DNA of 64,000 nucleotides from Escherichia coli (GTDB lineage Bacteria; Pseudomonadota; Gammaproteobacteria; Enterobacterales; Enterobacteriaceae): NCBI RefSeq assembly GCF_044647545.1, contig NZ_CP172818.1; one strand, 5' to 3'. Shown piece by piece: positions 60,824 to 64,000 of this stretch (position 1 is its first letter; each line of letters starts with the position of its first letter). The notes under the pieces were generated by a model. It saw only the letters and a program-made list of their open reading frames with translations, ran no database searches and was not told where the DNA came from. The position numbers and the translations under genes were made by a program.

Positions 60824-61804
60824 TTGCATATGAAAAAAATAAAATTTTCTTTTATTATATTAATTCTGTTTTCACTCCCTCTGATTATTTTTTACCAACC
60901 CTGGGTCAATGCATTACCGCCAACGCCCCGACACGCAAGTCCTGAGCAATTAGAAAAAACAGTTCGTTATCTTACACAAACTGTGCATCCCCGTAGTGCC
61001 GACAATATTGATAATCTGAAAAGGTCCGCAGAGTATATAAAAGAGGTCTTTATCAGTAGCGGTGCCAGAGTTACCGCGCAGGACGTCCCCATTACGGGAG
61101 GTCCCTACAAAAACATTGTTGCTGATTATGGTCCTGCCGATGGACCGCTGATTATTATTGGTGCGCACTATGACTCTGTCAGCAGTTATGAAAACGATCA
61201 ATTGACCTATACGCCGGGCGCGGATGATAACGCCAGCGGCGTGGCAGGATTACTCGAACTGGCACGTTTGTTACAGCAGCAAGCACCGAAAACTGGCGTG
61301 CAGCTGGTCGCCTATGCGTCGGAAGAACCGCCCTTCTTTCGTAGCGATGAAATGGGGAGCGCGGTACATGCAGCTTCGCTTGAGCGTCCAGTGAGATTAA
61401 TGATAGCGCTGGAGATGATTGGCTATTACGACTCTGCGCCTGGTAGTCAGGATTACCCTTACCCGGCAATGTCCTGGCTTTATCCCGATCGGGGAGACTT
61501 TATTGCCGTGGTCGGCAGAATGCAGGATATCAACGCCGTTCGTCAGCTAAAAGCGGCATTGTTGTCATCTCAGGATTTATCTGTTTATTCTATGAATGCC
61601 CCAGGGTTTATTCCCGGTATTGATTTCTCTGACCACCTTAATTATTGGCAACACGATATTCCCGCCGTAATGATTACCGACACCGCTTTTTATCGTAATA
61701 AACAATACCACTTGCCCGGTGATACCGCAGACAGATTGAATTATCAGAAAATGGCCCAGGTCGTGGATGGCGTTATCACCTTGTTATACAACAGTAAACA
61801 ATAA
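60824..61804 (+). CDS. yfbL: M28-family aminopeptidase-like protein
   Basis: 326-aa ORF with signal/anchor sequence and peptidase M28 metal-binding region (GAHYDSV...GADDNASG). Confidence 0.8.
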   Translation: MHMKKIKFSFIILILFSLPLIIFYQPWVNALPPTPRHASPEQLEKTVRYLTQTVHPRSADNIDNLKRSAEYIKEVFISSGARVTAQDVPITGGPYKNIVADYGPADGPLIIIGAHYDSVSSYENDQLTYTPGADDNASGVAGLLELARLLQQQAPKTGVQLVAYASEEPPFFRSDEMGSAVHAASLERPVRLMIALEMIGYYDSAPGSQDYPYPAMSWLYPDRGDFIAVVGRMQDINAVRQLKAALLSSQDLSVYSMNAPGFIPGIDFSDHLNYWQHDIPAVMITDTAFYRNKQYHLPGDTADRLNYQKMAQVVDGVITLLYNSKQ

Positions 61805-61903
61805 AATTTTCTCGAGGCGGGTCCAGAAAAAGCAACATGCGCATTTTATTTTCCCTCATCTGTTTTAAGATGCGAAACATGAAATTCAACGGAGGAAAAA
61901 TAA

Positions 61904-62389
61904 ATGGGAATGATTGGCTATTTTGCGGAAATCGACTCAGAAAAGATTAACCAACTGCTTGAGTCAGCTGAAAAACCTTTAATGGACAATATTCATGACA
62001 CGCTTTCAGGATTACGCCGACTGGATATTGATAAACGCTGGGATTTTTTACATTTTGGCCTGACAGGCACCTCTGCTTTTGATCCCGCGAAGAATGATCC
62101 GCTGAGTCGTGCCGTGCTTGGTGAACACAGCCTCGAAGATGGCATAGATGGTTTCCTGGGGTTGACCTGGAATCAGGAGTTAGCTGCGACAATCGACCGC
62201 CTGGAAGCTCTTGACCGAAATGTGCTGCGTAAACAGTTTTCCATTCAGCGACTCAATGAAATGGAGATTTATCCGGGAGTAACCTTTTCAGAAGAGTTAG
62301 AGGGGCAACTCTTTGCATCCATCATGCTTGATATGGAAAAATTAATTAGCGCTTATCGGCGTATACTGCGACAGGGGAATCATGGCTGA
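61904..62389 (+). CDS. yfbM: protein of unknown function
   Basis: 161-aa ORF recognised as YfbM. Confidence 0.75.
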   Translation: MGMIGYFAEIDSEKINQLLESAEKPLMDNIHDTLSGLRRLDIDKRWDFLHFGLTGTSAFDPAKNDPLSRAVLGEHSLEDGIDGFLGLTWNQELAATIDRLEALDRNVLRKQFSIQRLNEMEIYPGVTFSEELEGQLFASIMLDMEKLISAYRRILRQGNHG

Positions 62390-62398
62390 CTGTTGGCC

Positions 62399-62428
62399 AA
62401 AAAAACCGCCGAACATGTCGGCGGCTTT
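62399..62428. terminator. bidirectional intrinsic terminator between yfbM and nuoN
   Basis: aaaaaaaccgccgaacatgtcggcggcttt: GC stem flanked by an A-run and a T-run. Confidence 0.6.
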
Positions 62429-62448
62429 CTGACTTACGAACTGACAGC

Positions 62449-63906
62449 TTACATCAGCGGCATTGCTAACCGCACAATGCTAATCAGCGGTTGCGGCCAT
62501 ATACCCAGCACCAGTACCAACAGTGCAGAGATCAGCACCACGATACCGCCCGCGCTGTACTGCCAGTTTGATGGTGCATCGCGACCCGGTTGTTCCGGGG
62601 CATGCAGGTATAAGCTCACCGCTACGCGCAGGTAGTAGTAGAGGCCGATTGCCGAACCGACAACCACCGCGCCCACCAGCCACCACAAGTGTGCCTGGAC
62701 ACCGACCGCCAGCACGTAGAACTTACCGATAAAGCCCAGCGTCATTGGGATACCCGCCAGAGACAGCATCATCACCGTCATCACTGCCGCGAGGATCGGA
62801 CGATGCCAGAACAGACCGCGGTAAGAGAACAGGGAATCAGCATCCGGGCCACGATACGGGCTGGACATCAGGCTGACCACGCCGAACGCGCCGAGGCTGC
62901 TGAACAGATAACCGGCCAGGTAAACCCCTACCGCTTCCATCGACATCTCGCCCGTTTGCAGCGCAATCAGCGCCACCAGCAGATAGCCGAGATGAGAGAT
63001 AGATGAGTAACCGAGCAGACGTTTGATATTGGTCTGGCTCAGCGCCATCAGGTTACCGAAGATGATGGAGGCAAAGGCGATAATCGCCAGCACCACCCGA
63101 ATCGCTTCGCTGTCACCCACCGGTGCGTAGAGGAACAGACGCATCACCACACCGAAGATAGCGATTTTGCTCGCCGTCGCCAGGAAAGTGGAAACCGGCG
63201 CAGGCGCGCCCTGGTATACGTCTGGCGTCCACAGGTGGAACGGCACCAGAGAGAGTTTGAAGCCGAGGCCAACAATCATCAGGCCGAAACCTGCCAGCAA
63301 CAGCGGCTCGTTGAGCATACCGTCGCCGAGGTTTTTACCCAGCGCGACAAACGACAGGTCGCCAGACTGCGCATACACCAGCGCCATACCGAACAGCAGG
63401 AAAGAAGACGCTGCGGCAGAAAGGATGGTGTATTTGATACTGGCTTCCAGCGAACGTTTCTGGCGGAAAGCGTAACCGACCAGGCCAAACAGCGGCAAAG
63501 AGATCAGTTCAATACCGAGGAACAAAGACGCCAGATGGTTGGCATTCGCCAGCAGGATCCCGCCCAGCGCGGCAATTAACACCAACAGGTAGAACTCATC
63601 CTTGTTGTCGTTATAGCCTTCAAGCCACGGGTAGGCGAAAGTACAGGTGGCGAGGCTCGCCAACAATACCAGCCCGGTGTAAAGCATGGCGAAACCATCA
63701 ACGCGCATCAGCGGCGTAACGTCCATAGCGCCCGCCTGGCCGACAAACCAGAGCGAAACCAGCGCCGCGTTAAGCCCAATAACCGAGAGCGTAGCGTTGA
63801 GGAAATGATTGCGTCGCCACGCAATGGAGAGCATCACCACCACCACCGTCAAGCCGACGATCAGCAACGGTAGCAGTGCGATCAGGTTTTGTGGAGTTAT
63901 TGTCAT
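62449..63906 (-). CDS. nuoN: NADH-quinone oxidoreductase subunit N
   Basis: 485-aa polytopic membrane protein, [35 protein letters not shown]; last gene of the nuo operon. Confidence 0.95.
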   Translation of the reverse strand: MTITPQNLIALLPLLIVGLTVVVVMLSIAWRRNHFLNATLSVIGLNAALVSLWFVGQAGAMDVTPLMRVDGFAMLYTGLVLLASLATCTFAYPWLEGYNDNKDEFYLLVLIAALGGILLANANHLASLFLGIELISLPLFGLVGYAFRQKRSLEASIKYTILSAAASSFLLFGMALVYAQSGDLSFVALGKNLGDGMLNEPLLLAGFGLMIVGLGFKLSLVPFHLWTPDVYQGAPAPVSTFLATASKIAIFGVVMRLFLYAPVGDSEAIRVVLAIIAFASIIFGNLMALSQTNIKRLLGYSSISHLGYLLVALIALQTGEMSMEAVGVYLAGYLFSSLGAFGVVSLMSSPYRGPDADSLFSYRGLFWHRPILAAVMTVMMLSLAGIPMTLGFIGKFYVLAVGVQAHLWWLVGAVVVGSAIGLYYYLRVAVSLYLHAPEQPGRDAPSNWQYSAGGIVVLISALLVLVLGIWPQPLISIVRLAMPLM

Positions 63907-63912
63907 GGCGAT

Positions 63913-64000
63913 TTACGGCCTTGTAGTAGTAACGGAATTAACAAACCACTGCTGGATATTGCCAATCGCGGAGTGCGAGGTATCCAGAATCGGCTGCGGA
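63913..64000 (-). CDS. nuoM: NADH-quinone oxidoreductase subunit M, 3' end only (5' end lies beyond the window)
   Basis: Open frame on the minus strand from the window edge to a TAA about 7 nt upstream of the nuoN ATG (...NSVTTTRP*); operon context. Confidence 0.6.
   Translation of the reverse strand, partial: PQPILDTSHSAIGNIQQWFVNSVTTTRP

Overview
This window is a contiguous stretch of Escherichia coli chromosome, collinear with the K-12 atoE-nuoM interval. Gene order: atoE (3' part), atoB, the yfaP-yfaQ-yfaS-yfaT-yfaA alpha-2-macroglobulin-like operon, gyrA, ubiG, yfaL, nrdAB-yfaE, inaA, yfaH remnant, glpTQ / glpACB, yfaD(rpnE)-ypaA, rhmRDTA, pncC, yfaZ, nudI, ais, arnBCADTEF, pmrD, menFDHBCE, elaB, elaA, rbn, elaD, yfbK, yfbL, yfbM, nuoN, nuoM (3' end). 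Identifications rest on my recognition of the translated ORFs; no database search was run. I did not find a convincing new multi-gene system, and there is no CRISPR array, IS element, prophage, tRNA or rRNA. The observations most worth a second look are: (1) GyrA carries Ser83Leu and Asp87Asn, the classic fluoroquinolone-resistance pair, so this is not a wild-type laboratory strain; (2) the yfaL autotransporter is split into two ORFs in different frames; (3) yfaS is interrupted by an in-frame TAG; (4) yfbN-yfbO-yfbP, which I recall from K-12, are absent between yfbM and nuoN; (5) the tail of yfaD is tandemly duplicated to give ypaA. CDS coordinates are anchored to the supplied ORF track, with starts trimmed in multiples of three where the track ORF over-extends upstream. 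Regulatory-site and hairpin coordinates come from manual counting and may be off by a base or two.
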